A stretch of 64,000 nt of DNA from Obrimoposthia wandeli (GCA_977020255.1 CDROCS010000295.1:62001-126000); one strand, 5' to 3'; numbered from the stretch's first letter, positions 12,508-25,114 are shown. Made by a program: numbers and translations. The notes: a model not told the origin generated them from the sequence alone.

Positions 12508-15500
12508 GCTAGACCACGCGGCCCAGATGGAGAAATGAAGCTAGCCACCTGACCAGCTCGCTCCCACCTTCCTACAGTCCCAGTCTCTAATCCTCTCAAC
12601 GCTCATCTTCCTTGGTAAAGCAGCAGGCCCAACTTGTCCAACTTTCAATATACTATAGGTCAAATTATGTTTATGCCGGGTTTGGAAATGAATATCTCCT
12701 TATGTTTTCGGTTTAATAGAGTTCAAGCAATTTTATTAGAATCATATATTCTGGCGATAAATGTTTTTGATCATTTTATATTTTATAAATGCTTATATGT
12801 TTTTAATGTCTAAATTGTGTATTTAACCATGTGATTTTAATTTAACTTCACATTTGGACACTGAAAACTCGAATTTCCAACTGATTTATAAGTAATTTTA
12901 TGCTAACGCTGCAATTCAATTGTTGAAAATAGCAGAATAACGATAATCTTACCGTTTATGATACTCAATAAATGTTTACTGTTATATTTAAAATCTACTA
13001 ACATTTTATTAAACATAAATTAGTTTCTCTACTTTTAAAACTAATACATCTTACTGATGAATTGCAAATTACATATTACTTTTTTAATTTTTTCATGACA
13101 GAAAATAATTATCGAAATATCATTAAAAAATCGATACTATTTAAGATTTATTACTAAATGGTTCTTTAGAATAATAAAGTTATTTATCCATGACAGTTAT
13201 ACAAGCATCATTGATACCTTAACTGTAAAATCATCATAAAATATGACCTAGTCAGATGTAGGAAACTGCAACTTAATTGCTGTACATTACACTTATCCGA
13301 ATAACGACAAAAGTTAATAGTTCACAACTCTGCCATCATCTCGATTCCACGCTGGCAGTTCTAATTTGGTAAACTTGCCCCACTCCACACTTAGTCTGTT
13401 TCCACATAGTTCAGCAATTGAATTCACAGCTGAATCCACTGAACGAGTGATGCTAGAAGAGATAGAAAAAGGCAGAGAAATCCAATTCAGAGTCGACCAA
13501 ATGCAACAGCCAATCATCTTGGACCTGATGTCAACTGAGGATAACTGCAGATCACACAACACCAGTACAGCGCTGACTCATCGATGGATAAAAATAAACG
13601 AGACGTTTGTACTTTATCTACAACACCAGAATTCCAGGCCATTGTCTAACGTCGACTCCAAACCGAGGCATATCAATAGACATCATGAAAGACAGTCCAA
13701 TTGTTTATTTATTAGCCGGTGCTTTTTAAGTTGAATCATAAATTGTTTCAACTACGTTTTATTCACGAAATTTGATTTCAATGTAGTCACTCCAAACGTC
13801 GTACGCCAAATATCAGATTACAATGAATGGCTAGCGTATTCTCTGATAGTAATAAATACCATCAAATTGAAAGTGTGTCATAGACAAAAAATAAAATACT
13901 TTAAAAATAATTGGTGTTTTAGGTACTAAAACAAATTGAAAAGGATTGTTCATTTGTAACAGTTAGCATAATTTGTCAACATTTAAGCAATGTTGAGATA
14001 AAATTAACTGAGTGAAGGTTATGCAAGGTCCAGGCAAGGCTTAAAGGGCAACCAATTTGGTAATATCAACATTTAGACCACGTTTTAGCTTGTTTCGAGT
14101 TGAAGTAACATTCAAATTATTTGTTTGAATCGTCTTGCGCTTGGCACACATGTTTGCATAAATCATTTGATAACAAATTTTACATTAATTCAGAAAGTGT
14201 GAAACAGTCATTTATCTTATGCAACATCAGAGAATTATCAAAACTATAATGAAATTGTTAAACAAAAATTTTGAATTTTTAAAATTAAATCAAAAGATCT
14301 TTAGCGACAAAAGTAAGCAGACTGTTCTGAGCTAAAAGGTCTAATACTTGACGTGCTGAAAAAGCATCTCATTAATGGAAACCTCAAGTATTCATGCCAA
14401 TGTTTGACAAAATTATGAAGAGCGTATTTTAATTGTAGTAAGAACTGCAAACTTCAGCTGTTTGTACTTATTTTAATATTTAATGGACGGTCTAAAAATA
14501 TTGATAAAAAATATTTTATTTGAAAAAAACAATTAAATATATAATAAAAATAAATGTGACAAAGAACTTTTTTCTGCAAATTTCCTTGCACCGCTACTTT
14601 TGCAATACATTCTTAATAGATCTGAAAGATGAGTGTGTAGTAATCTTGTTCGCTTTTCATATTTTACATTTTCCAAAAAAGAAATTAACTGTTCACATCT
14701 GCAGGTACTTCAAAACATATATACAATTTTTATTGTATTCTTATAAAGATCTACGACTCCTTTTATAATAAATATTTATGGAAAACCTCTTAACCTCAAT
14801 AAAACTCAATTAGAAAAAACTCAAAAGTAAGTCTGCTGGTATTTAATAAGATGCATTTAAATGTTATATACTTCAAAAATTCCAGTATACTTACTTCATG
14901 GTTTTTAATGAGTTTTTAAAGACTACGGTGTTTTAGACTTAATTCTGGTGTCGTGGAACTGGGAATGACATCACAGAGTTAGATAAAACAGTCGTGGCAC
15001 AAAGTTTGGAATAATTTTCAAAAATGCAAGTACTTAAAGAACCAAATTACACGGTGCAAGATGAAAAAAGATTTTTAGGGATAGTTTTACATCAATATGA
15101 CAACAAAAAATTAATACAACCTCACGTTCAAAATAATTCAAAATTATGTTTCTTTGCTTTACAAAGACATTTTTAATATTTTTATCGTATTTAATTAAAT
15201 TATCACCGTAATTAGTAAAATTTCTATATCAGAGGTTGATACTGAAGAGGCTATTCGGGTAAATGATATTACGGATACAGATTATGAAATGCCGATATCT
15301 AAAGAACATTTACTTATAAGCGAGTGTTAGTTAAAGACTTAGTAAGATATGTGGATTTTTAAAACGGGAAGCTCACGTTTGAAACAATAGAAAATATTAA
15401 AAATCAATACAAACATTTCATGTTTTTGTAACATTTCGTATCCGATAATTAATTGTTATAGCTTCTTTATGTTTATCAAATCGTTATTTTGTGTATAAAA

Positions 15501-16084
15501 TGTGTTTTCTGACCATGTCCATATTAGCTTAGGTCTGCCAGGTCAAATTTTAAGATTATCAATCCTTTGTAAATTTTAAACAATACAGTTTTGGTTAACA
15601 TTTGAACAGTCTGTAATAACATTCCCCAGTCCTTGTTGCTTTAAAATGACAATTCGTGCCCTTTTTATATGGATATTTTCCACAATTGGAAAGTTGCACG
15701 ACAATTCAGAATGTTAAATCAATTTGAATAAAATGCACAAAATTATTGTAAAAAGAGTATTATAATAATGATATAATAAAAAAAGTATTATACTGAAAAA
15801 TATTTTAAGTTTAAAAAAATGTTTTTTTTCTTTCTGAAATTATTCCAGACTTTTGGCATCAACTGTAAATTGCAATATTAAATCATCATCTACCAATTTG
15901 AAACAATAACTACAATAATAATAGAACGTCGAAAGGGATTTAAAATAACGTTTCTATTCAAAGAGCCCAATGAAGTAAAAATAAGTTAATCGCATTTAAA
16001 TAGCTGTTTCAGCCATATTCTAGTGCTATATTGATTATTGTACGTTATGGTTTATTAAATTATTCTCTATGACAAGCATCTCAC

Positions 16085-16253
16085 CCGACAGTATTTTGAC
16101 TAAATCCAGACTCTGAAATCGGCGGTTTATCTTGGCTCTGAGATCCTCAACCTTCAGCAAAACTTGATGCTTCAGGTGAGGAAAGTGGATGACGATATCA
16201 TTGGTCAAATTCTGAAGATTATCCAATCGTGATTTGTACGCACTTTGGTCGAT
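16085..16253 (-). CDS. Candidate internal exon of a host gene (helical protein, function unknown)
   Basis: ttttctgcag acceptor, open frame IDQSAYKSRLDNLQNLTNDIVIHFPHLKHQVLLKVEDLRAKINRRFQSLDLVKILS, gtgaga donor; higher GC than the flanks. Confidence 0.45.
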
Positions 16254-17589
16254 CTGCAGAAAATAAATAATGTAACTACTGATAGAAAGAGAAACCAGAA
16301 AAATAAAGTGATTTAAAATCTAGCTTCCTATAGCTGTGCTTTAGTAACTCTGGTCAACTGAATAAATAACAGAATGAAACACAATCCCCAAATATTACAG
16401 AAAACATCGATCTAAACGAAGTCAATGGCAACTGGAAAGAAGGACATGTATCCTGAACCAAGACAATTCATTGAAGGTGATAAAACCGATGCTCTAACTG
16501 CTTAAATTTTATTACCAAAATTACTATTGTTAATATTCGTAAGTCGATATTTTGTGTGCGAATGTTTTGTGATGAGAATATGGACAACTTTGGTTTAGAT
16601 TAGGGTTTCCAACACCAAGGAGTTTAATTAAAATGTATGAGGAAAATGTTATTATTGAAAATCCCAGGGTACCACATTCACAATCATTAGTACTTTTTCT
16701 TAAAAAGGTCATATTATTCAGGCCTTTACTTATGGAATTTTCCATTCTTAAATAAATGACACATTATGCTACCATTTCATCTAGATCACAGATTTACTCT
16801 CGAAATTTACATTGATAAAATATACCTTTTCGTAAACTAAAAAATGTCAAAACTTTTTTATTATACATACAATTTTAATAAAATAAAGAGTTTTCTTTCG
16901 AAAGTTTTATTCTGCATCTGTCTAATGATTGATGGAATCAATTATTGGATAAACGATGGCGACAATGACGTTACGTAAAAAATTATTCAAAAAAATTAAA
17001 CGTTAAAATATTTTGCCATAATTTTACAGCAGAATTTATGCTAACATTGGCCTAAATACATAAACGTGCTTATACAATTTAAATAAATATGAAAACACAA
17101 GATAATAAACAGAAAAACAAAAAAGGTATTGACAAAATGTCAGTGCAAAGCAACCCCACGGATAATACCGTGCGTTTTCATTCAGAAGGATATGTTATGC
17201 TCATTGTGTAATTGACAATTCATCACACAAGAAGATATACTTGCAAAAAGAACAAACATCTAAAAAAGAGCCAGAAATTGGACAAAAGTGTTCATGATTC
17301 ACCTGCTTAGTTTTATCCAATAGCTGTAAAACCTCATAAGAATTAAGTTGTTAAGAAATATTTTTGCAGTTATCGCAAATACTAGACGCCTAGTTTGGTA
17401 CCACAGAACTTCAATGTTAACCCTAAGCGTAAGTGATACATTTTCTGATATTCTAAAGTTTAGTAATAAATCACCTGGAGAATTATTTGTATCCTAATTC
17501 AGTAATTGACGTGGTCAAAAGTACAAAGATGATCAATTGGGTTTGTTAAAGAAAATTCTCCCCATTTGTATAAGATCGCTTTTTAGAAA

Positions 17590-17680
17590 TCTTGGTATTC
17601 ATAATAATAATGCTGATGCAGAACAGTCATTTTCAATATATGATTTAATCCAGGAACAATCTTAAAGATGAGAATACATC
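17590..17680 (+). pseudogene. Possible hAT dimerisation-domain remnant
   Basis: NNADAEQSFSIYDLI resembles the hAT C-terminal S/N-A-x-x-E-R-x-F-S motif; very short. Confidence 0.3.
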
Positions 17681-18936
17681 CGGTTAACAAAAGCAATTTT
17701 ATTCCAGAATTTTATCGAGATCTATCTGAATTGTCTTGTAAATATAATAAAAATATGTTCCTTTTCTATGTTTCTTTCACTAAATTAGTTTTTATATTAC
17801 ATAGCTTAAAATCTCACGACCGCGAAAAACACAACAAATATTCCGCGATTTTTTGGGTCTCTGATTATAAGAATTAAAAATAGAATCTTGAGCAGTAATT
17901 TGCATACATCCAAAATAATTGAATTCCACTTAACGGCAATTTTTTATAATATACATATTTCCAATTATTATTTACAAATCATTGTTCAGGATTATCTTTA
18001 TAATTCATTTTATCCACTACTTATAAAATGTAAGCGTAGTTTATAAACTTATATTTGAGCCGAGTCAATTGAAATGAAAATTATGGCAAGTAGACATAGT
18101 TATTTGTCTACTGAATCAAAATTGGCCATTGTCGAGTTATATGGGAATAGAAATTAAAAAACTTAGTAAAATTGATTGGGATGCGTTGAATTTAAATTTA
18201 CAGACAAAAATTGTACGATGGAAGTGCTTCTTTTTGAAAAATTCACCAAGCTTTTTTCACAATTAAATACCAGACTTGATGAAACAATATAAGCTATTTC
18301 AGCGTACTCCGAATATTTGTAATTTTTCATGTAAATGTATTGATTTTGAGAGTATCGATAATCATGTTTATTTTGTATCTAGATAAACGTTCAATAAATA
18401 ACTGTATTAAGTTTGAGTTATATATATAAAATGTTCAAAATCAAGGATACAAAAATCCGCGGGAAGATTTCTCACCTTGTATAGTTTTTTTCCCATTTAA
18501 AAAAACTATTTAGGAGGTCATTACTTGTCTTATTCAGTGGGCTTCTATGTCATTTTAAGGCGTGTCTAACTTTAACTAATATTTTAAAATATTGCAAATT
18601 TAGTTTGCCGAGAAGTCTTTGAACATTGTTGTCGAAGATAATTTATTTTACAGTTCCTTATTTTCTCAGGTAAAACGTTTAATATTTGGATGAAATCAAA
18701 CATACATTACTAAGTTTAACAAAAGATGCATTCATAGAAAATAATATTCAATATAATTCATACCCTATATACATGTGCATACTTTAAAGTGTTAAATAAA
18801 AGTAATAAATAAGACTTGCTTAGTAATTTCTGTTTTTATTTATGATAATATTGTTAAATATAAAGATTTCCTAATTTTTAAATGAATCTAAGATAACCAA
18901 TCTAAATGACGATAAAATTTATTTCAATGTACTTAC

Positions 18937-19272
18937 TTGATCAATGTGAGAATCACTTCGACAGAGAAACACCGTGGTTTCAGATTGACGCTTTACCAGT
19001 GACATGTTCAAAGATTCGTTTAATTTTTCTCCAATAGTCAATAATTCATTGAACACCGATTCTTCATTATTTATAGCAATGTCTCGACAGATTTCAGCAA
19101 ATTCTTCCCTCATCATTTCCTCATAATCTTTACCGAAATCATTTGACAGTCTTAATTCTTCATTATCCGGATGGTCTGAGTCGTAGTCATTGTTCATACT
19201 ATTTATGTTTTCGATTTCAAAAGTTACTTTCTGTTTTTTGTTTGGTATTGGACAATCTTCTACTTCGTACAT
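18937..19272 (-). CDS. Candidate first coding exon of a host gene (acidic N-terminus, unknown product)
   Basis: ATG-initiated 112-codon frame (MYEVEDCPIPNKKQKVTFEIEN...) ending at a canonical GTAAGT donor in phase 0. Confidence 0.5.
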
Positions 19273-20589
19273 GGTGAAAAATAAATGTTTGGAAATATGT
19301 TTTGAAAATATAATATTAGATAATATAGAGCTAAGTCACAAGTAGTAGTCAATCATCAGTTGACTTTAAACTTTCTAATACATGAGAATTTCAAAAAGTG
19401 AAAATTTTATTTTCTAATAATAATTTAATAAAACAATCTCTATTTTTTAAAAATAAATTAATATATTTGACTGTTGTATAAATATATTTCGCTAATATGT
19501 GTTTGAATCTGTAAAAATATATAAATCATTTTAACATAAAGATAAATGTCCAATAAATAAATGTGCTATATTTAGCATTCATTCTAATATAGAAATGTAA
19601 TTGTTAGAGGAGTGCAAAAAATTTAATATAGCAAGCATATTTGTTAGACATTATACCTAAATTTATAAAAAAAAAGATTAGAGATTATATAAATATTTGA
19701 TTATATAAATATTTGATTTAAAAGATATTATAAAAAACATTAAAATGTCATTAATCTTTTACTTATGAATTCAATACAGACAAGGTAAGAGTATAGATAT
19801 AATGGGCGTACTAAACCATAAAACCATTCGCTTACACTCGTGCAAAAAGCAGTTTTAAAGATTCATCGCATTACATTATATCTTTATTTACTCAAGAACG
19901 TAAATCCATCAAGAATGTTTATATTTAACATATGTCATTAGCATATCAAATCCTGAGAAATCAGTATACTCTAAGATCTAAACATACAGTAATCATAAAA
20001 TCCCTTGTAAAAAATGACGAAATAATCTGAGGAGATACAGGTTAATAAGACTATGAAACCCAAACCTAATCACATATGAACTGATTACATTAATCCCAGC
20101 AAGTCCTCTGAGCTCCATTGTGATGTAAGGGATCATTAATTTCAAACTAAACAAAGATTTATCTCTCGCAACAAATCTAAATCATATATTTATGCATTAA
20201 ACCCTCCAAACATAAGATCTAGAATAAATAAAATTAAAGGAAGCAATCATCCAAGAGTAGCAATTAAGTAAAATCAATAGTTTCTCAACTAGTAATATCC
20301 CAATAAAATACGAGACTGAGAGAATACATGTGTGTTTTAGTGAAATATTAGATGCTTTCTAAAAAAAGTATAAACTAGTCATTAATTTAAATTCAAACAA
20401 AAAATAACTGATGTTCATACCTAGGAAAACGAAGAAACTACTGTAAAAATCTTTTAAACTCTTCAATTGATCTATAAAAATAAACTTTTTTGATGAAGTA
20501 ATGAGTTACAGAAAGAATAGAATGTAATAAGTGAAATTATCTAGATCAGGATATAATCTCGTATGGATCATAAACACAAGATATACATA

Positions 20590-21331
20590 TGTTGGGGTTT
20601 CTATATGAAACTGTTTTTCTAATATAGAACCTCTGAATGGAGGGCCCCAACGTGAGTTCTATAGACGCAGGACTTGTAGATGTTTGTGGCCTACTTAATG
20701 TTATGCTTGCCTTTCTCAATTCTTATCTGAAGGTTTGTTATTTCTAAATTTGAAGGGTCTATAACAACGCTGTCTAGTTGTAGGAAATCGTTTATTACTA
20801 AGCACACTAAATTAACACGTCTAATTACGTTCTAAAATTACAATACAATTCCTAAGACTTTCGCAAAGTCTCTACACAAGTGGGGATGATCCACGTATCA
20901 ATTTTATTTTAGGGTTGGTTGGTTACTAGAGTCTTTACTCTAAAATGTGACAAGGTTAAAATGGTGGGTTTTTGGAGAGCTGGTTGCTCTAAAATAGGGA
21001 ATGAGTTTAGAGAGCTGGTTGCTAAATATATGTGCTGATTTTAACCTTAACTTCGATTTTTATGTTCACTTTAATTTAGATGCACTTCCCAAACAATATG
21101 GTTACTTATTAAAATTCACGTTTAACTTTTAGATTCACTTACAAAAACAATCGGTTTACTTTATCAAAATTCACGGTTAACTTAAATTCGCTTTCAAAAA
21201 CAATCAGTTTACTTTATCAAAATTCACGTTTAACCCAAATTCGCTTTCAAAAAACAATCGGTTTACTCTATCAAAACTCACTTTCAACTCAAATTTGCCC
21301 CTCAACTCAATGTCACGAATGTTATTTAACA
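20590..21331 (-). mobile_element. LTR (probable 3' LTR) related to the LTR at 47214-49243
   Basis: The reverse complement of 20590-21000 aligns by eye at high identity to about 48790-49243, and both end AAACCCCAACA. The distal boundary (TGTT at 21331) is uncertain and no clear PPT was seen. Confidence 0.8.
21100..21290. repeat. Three to four degenerate ~55-bp tandem repeats within the LTR
   Basis: Unit aaaaacaatcggtttactttatcaaaattcacg(g/t)ttaac...aaattcgctttc. Confidence 0.8.
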
Positions 21332-21336
21332 TGTAT

Positions 21337-21762
21337 TTATACAAAATTGTAAAGATGCGAAGGATTAGGAAAGGAAAGGAGAGGAAAAGGAATTGTGTCA
21401 CTGTTTAATTGTCGATTGTGAGGTCGATGGTGGTAACTGGTCGGTTCTGCTCCTCCAGAAATAACAAAACCCGCTCCAAGGGTAATGCTGAAAATGTTGG
21501 AGTTACTCCGAAGTACAGCTCCAGTTGTTGAAAATGTTGAGGTTGGGACTTTGGCGGAATTGAGGGGCGCCGGGACTGTATCTCTTGTGGGTGTTGAGCC
21601 ACACCTTTCGAGCATACTGCCACGAGTGGCGGTCACGGCTAGATCGCCACACTTCTCGTACGTTGCGCTGCGCGTCGCGACGGCACATAGTGTAGATGGG
21701 GCATTGGCAGTGCTCGCCACCAATACAGCTGGTGGGTGAGCGGGTGCCCTTTGGACGTCCAC
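21337..21762 (-). CDS. Hypothetical Ala/Thr/Pro-rich protein in a GC-rich island of the cassette
   Basis: 141-aa ORF on the same strand as the RING genes; overlapping ORFs in other frames make the frame ambiguous. Confidence 0.3.
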   Translation of the reverse strand: MDVQRAPAHPPAVLVASTANAPSTLCAVATRSATYEKCGDLAVTATRGSMLERCGSTPTRDTVPAPLNSAKVPTSTFSTTGAVLRSNSNIFSITLGAGFVISGGAEPTSYHHRPHNRQLNSDTIPFPLLSFPNPSHLYNFV

Positions 21763-21775
21763 GGCAGTGAACCGT

Positions 21776-21961
21776 TCAATCGGCGAAGGGTGCTCGGCAC
21801 ATTGGGCATGTGATGTTGCCGGCGGGCCGAGCTTTGGCCCACATATAGAGGCACGCCTTGTGGAACCGGTGACGGCATCCGGCAGGGATTGCCGAGGAGT
21901 CCCGAACTCTGTCGAGGCACACCGAGCATATCATCAGCACAATGGTGTGTCGGTTAATCAC
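21776..21961 (-). CDS. Minimal RING-H2 (C3H2C3) protein
   Basis: CSVC-x12-CRHRFHKAC-x14-CPMCR; likely start at the internal ATG (MICSVC). Confidence 0.85.
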   Translation of the reverse strand: MINRHTIVLMICSVCLDRVRDSSAIPAGCRHRFHKACLYMWAKARPAGNITCPMCRAPFAD

Positions 21962-22253
21962 TTTTTTATTTGAAGTTTATATGATTTTTACCTTAATATT
22001 TTAACCTACCGAATTTTGTCTTTTCTTTGGGTATGTTTTTCGCATTTAAAGTATAAAAATTGTCTTTTGGGATTTCAGTATAATAATTACAATTTCAAAT
22101 AAACATCTTACATAAAAATGGTAAAGGTCTTTTTACAGTTTTATACAATTATGATTACAATTATGATTACAATTATGGTAGCTATTTTACCGCGGTATGC
22201 GATACACAGAGTTAGTTCATGATGTCACGTTTATGTCAAAAAGTTACCTTTGA

Positions 22254-22559
22254 TTATTGTTGGCTGTCGGGCTGGCCTGTGCGTCGCTCCTCCACGCAGA
22301 ACATGCACCAGCAGTCGCAGATGTCCTTCCAGCAGTGTACGATGGGTACCACTGCTTGAAAACTGTCTCGGTCGTATACGAAGTGTACCGAGAAGGATGC
22401 CCTGCACATCGGGCAGGTTGGGTAGTCGAGGGGTTTGTTGCTGTTGACAACTGGGATCCATGTCTCGAGGCATTGGACATGAAATTTGTGTTCACAGTTG
22501 TTTGGTTTGGTGTAGAGGTCCACGATGTTCTCGTAGCAGATGGAACATTCTCCAGACAT
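22254..22559 (-). CDS. RING-H2 protein with C-terminal CWK-x4-CWC-x-FC motif
   Basis: CSICYE...CEHKFHVQCL...CPMCR plus HCWKDICDCWCMFC. Confidence 0.9.
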   Translation of the reverse strand: MSGECSICYENIVDLYTKPNNCEHKFHVQCLETWIPVVNSNKPLDYPTCPMCRASFSVHFVYDRDSFQAVVPIVHCWKDICDCWCMFCVEERRTGQPDSQQ

Positions 22560-22619
22560 TGCTGTGAGAGGGGTGATGTTGAATTTGGGCTCAATTGAGG
22601 GCTGGTGGTTGTGTGATGT

Positions 22620-22919
22620 TTACACAAAAGTGGTCGAATCTTGTCGTTCTGCTGTACAGAAGAAACACCAACACTCTCTCAAATTCTTCCAACATAATAC
22701 CACCTGTACATCTACATCCTCTTGGTTGGGTTCTATTATGATGAACTTTGTGAATTGTCTTCTGCATACAGGGCAACGAGGGTATGTTGGATGTAGGAAC
22801 TCTCCATAAGTTCTGATCCATTTTGATAAACATTCCTCGTGGTGTAAGTGGTTGCAGGTATTGGGTCTTGTTCTTCGTTCAGTTATATCTTCCAAACATA
22901 TTGGGCATTCCTCTGACAT
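22620..22919 (-). CDS. RING-H2 protein with C-terminal CWK-x4-CWC-x-FC motif (paralog of 22254-22559)
   Basis: CPICLE...CNHLHHEECL...CPVCR plus LCWKNLRECWCFFC. Confidence 0.9.
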   Translation of the reverse strand: MSEECPICLEDITERRTRPNTCNHLHHEECLSKWIRTYGEFLHPTYPRCPVCRRQFTKFIIIEPNQEDVDVQVVLCWKNLRECWCFFCTAERQDSTTFV

Positions 22920-23046
22920 TCTAAATACGTGATGACAATTAATTTCTACATGAATTTTATATAATGCTACACTTGTTTATACAATCGCTTCTACATATTT
23001 CTACATATTTTTACACTCTTATTTATCTACAACCTCCTCTGACTTG

Positions 23047-23601
23047 TCATGTTTTGATGGGAGGCGGAGGTAAGGGTCGCAATTCCACTTCCTCTATCGT
23101 GGGTTCAGTACAGCATCGCAGTTCTTTGCATTTCCGTCGTATTCTTCGGCATATCTGACTGCCTTTCACGCACACGACTGTCAATAGAACTACTGCAGTT
23201 GACACTACGGCCATTACAATTAAAGCATTGACTGCAGTTATCCCGCTGTCTGAGGATTGGTAATCGTACTTTATTTTGTTGTTTGTCGGTTTGAGTGACG
23301 TCTCAATTGGTGCTTTTCGGTTTCCGTGTATTATGTCCGATTTTCTAATAAATCGTGGATTCGGATATTTTGTTTTTTGTCTAACGGGTATTATTATTCG
23401 AGATTTGAGATCCAGTGGAATCGTTCCCTTCACTCTTGTCCTCTCGATAATTGTGCTTTGGTTTCTGGAATCGAGCTCTTTTCCTTTCACTTCTGCCTTT
23501 TTTATGACTGCTTTTGACTTCTCGGAATGGCGTTTACTTCCTTTCACTTTTGCCTTCTTTATGACTGTGTTTGGTTTCCCGGAATTGAATTTGATGCTCA
23601 T
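23047..23601 (-). CDS. Membrane protein fragment (basic region, TM helix, Cys/Pro-rich tail)
   Basis: Hydrophobic ALIVMAVVSTAVVLLTVVCV followed by CRRIRRKCKELRCC...RPLPPPP; the frame continues upstream to a stop near 23700. Confidence 0.6.
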   Translation of the reverse strand: MSIKFNSGKPNTVIKKAKVKGSKRHSEKSKAVIKKAEVKGKELDSRNQSTIIERTRVKGTIPLDLKSRIIIPVRQKTKYPNPRFIRKSDIIHGNRKAPIETSLKPTNNKIKYDYQSSDSGITAVNALIVMAVVSTAVVLLTVVCVKGSQICRRIRRKCKELRCCTEPTIEEVELRPLPPPPIKT

Positions 23602-23945
23602 ACCTAGTCTACGAAATCGACGTGTCTGGTATCTTAGAGTTATATAGAATATTTCACCCGTTATTACTATGATTACGGTAGAGGTCTCTTTAGCATAACT
23701 GGAAATTCAGTTACATAGACATTCAGCATCATAATGTAGTACTAACATTTGGGTGGTATTGCGAAGTTGATTCCGTCATCTGGATTGGGACACGCCACTG
23801 TTACCTGGTCAGTTTCTAACAATCTGAAGAATAAATTAACAGAATTCCATACAGCTTTACGTCGTTTACCTGTGACCATAATCCTGTCAATAACTTTCCA
23901 GATGCGCTCGTCGTTAGGCAATATTACTGACTTTGTTCGGATAAT

Positions 23946-24242
23946 TTAAATAATCCGTTTCTTTTTTGATATTTTTATTCGTAGGTATAATACCTTTTCA
24001 TAATAGAATAGTATCAGTCGGTAGTAAAGTGTATGTTTGTCAATCTTTATTTCAATCTGGCGGATGACATACAATTTCTGATCGACATTTTCGGTTGCAG
24101 ATGTTTGTAGTTGAATGTCTACTATGTGATTCGTTTTTAGTAGAGGTATTTCTATGTATAACGCACGTATCGTATCTTGTCTCCATTTACTGATCATAAT
24201 ATCGTAACCAGCCTCAGTCGTGGTGATTTGTATGATCAGCAT
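23946..24242 (-). CDS. Hypothetical protein of the accessory cassette
   Basis: 98-aa ORF packed head-to-tail with its neighbours on the same strand; no recognised motif. Confidence 0.4.
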   Translation of the reverse strand: MLIIQITTTEAGYDIMISKWRQDTIRALYIEIPLLKTNHIVDIQLQTSATENVDQKLYVIRQIEIKIDKHTLYYRLILFYYEKVLYLRIKISKKKRII

Positions 24243-24250
24243 GATTCCTA

Positions 24251-25114
24251 TTATCGTTCGGTTCTGAATCTCAGGAACTTCTCAGGGATAACTAAAGTTA
24301 CTATATGTTCATATATCGTTGGCTGATACTCCGGTGCTGGTTCATTTATGAATGCTGGTCTTGGTATATTTGTGTCGAATTTTTGTAAATTCATTTGACC
24401 TGTTCGTCTTGTGAGATCGTGACGTGTTTTTTTTGATTTCAACTCGATCTTTGTACAACAAAACAAGATGAGCAATATTAATATTATGATTCCGATAATC
24501 AATGCCAGTATTGGATTAACCAATTCTAGAATACCATAACGTATTGTTTGTATCTCTTTACTTTTGATGGTTAATATTTTAAATTTATGTGTACTTTGGT
24601 TGGACATGTCACTGAGAAGTACTATTTTAGTTTGTCCAAATGTGTATCCTTCACATGTGACAACACTAACTCCATAATATCCATTTAGTGTTTTCATTTC
24701 TGTCGCGGGTATTATACATACTCGTTCTGGACACCCTTTCACACACATGATCATCACGGCTTTACTGTGAGACGTCTTGATTATTTCTTGGGTGTTGTCT
24801 AGATTTCTCAAATGTAGATTATATTCAGCTAGCGTCATCAATTCAGCTTTACCGATTGGAATGGCTTGTAGTACCAATCCAATTACTACTCCGTAGATCA
24901 ATCCTTGTGCAACAGTGCACAGGCCCTTGATTGTTCTTTTGCAAACAGTTTTGATTATTATTCGTTTGAGATAAATCTGTTTCTGGTTATGTCGTTTTGT
25001 CTTGGTTGTCTGTCGTTGCTTTGACATTTCTTCGATTCCGGTTTTCCGATAATCAACTGTACCGGTTTGCCTTGTATCACCAGCTTTCCGAATCCATTTT
25101 TGGCGGACAGGCAT
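24251..25114 (-). CDS. Type I membrane protein-like ORF
   Basis: Signal-like GLIYGVVIGLVLQAIPIGKA, ~100-aa Cys-containing ectodomain, TM ILALIIGIIILILLILFCC, and a tail with PAPEY and IYEHI. Confidence 0.65.
   Translation of the reverse strand: MPVRQKWIRKAGDTRQTGTVDYRKTGIEEMSKQRQTTKTKRHNQKQIYLKRIIIKTVCKRTIKGLCTVAQGLIYGVVIGLVLQAIPIGKAELMTLAEYNLHLRNLDNTQEIIKTSHSKAVMIMCVKGCPERVCIIPATEMKTLNGYYGVSVVTCEGYTFGQTKIVLLSDMSNQSTHKFKILTIKSKEIQTIRYGILELVNPILALIIGIIILILLILFCCTKIELKSKKTRHDLTRRTGQMNLQKFDTNIPRPAFINEPAPEYQPTIYEHIVTLVIPEKFLRFRTER

Noticed and set aside
13314-13734. Overlapping ORFs on both strands, one weakly spectrin-like (LTHRWIKINE)
   Set aside because: Strand and splice boundaries cannot be resolved and no firm motif is present; may be an exon but unsupported.
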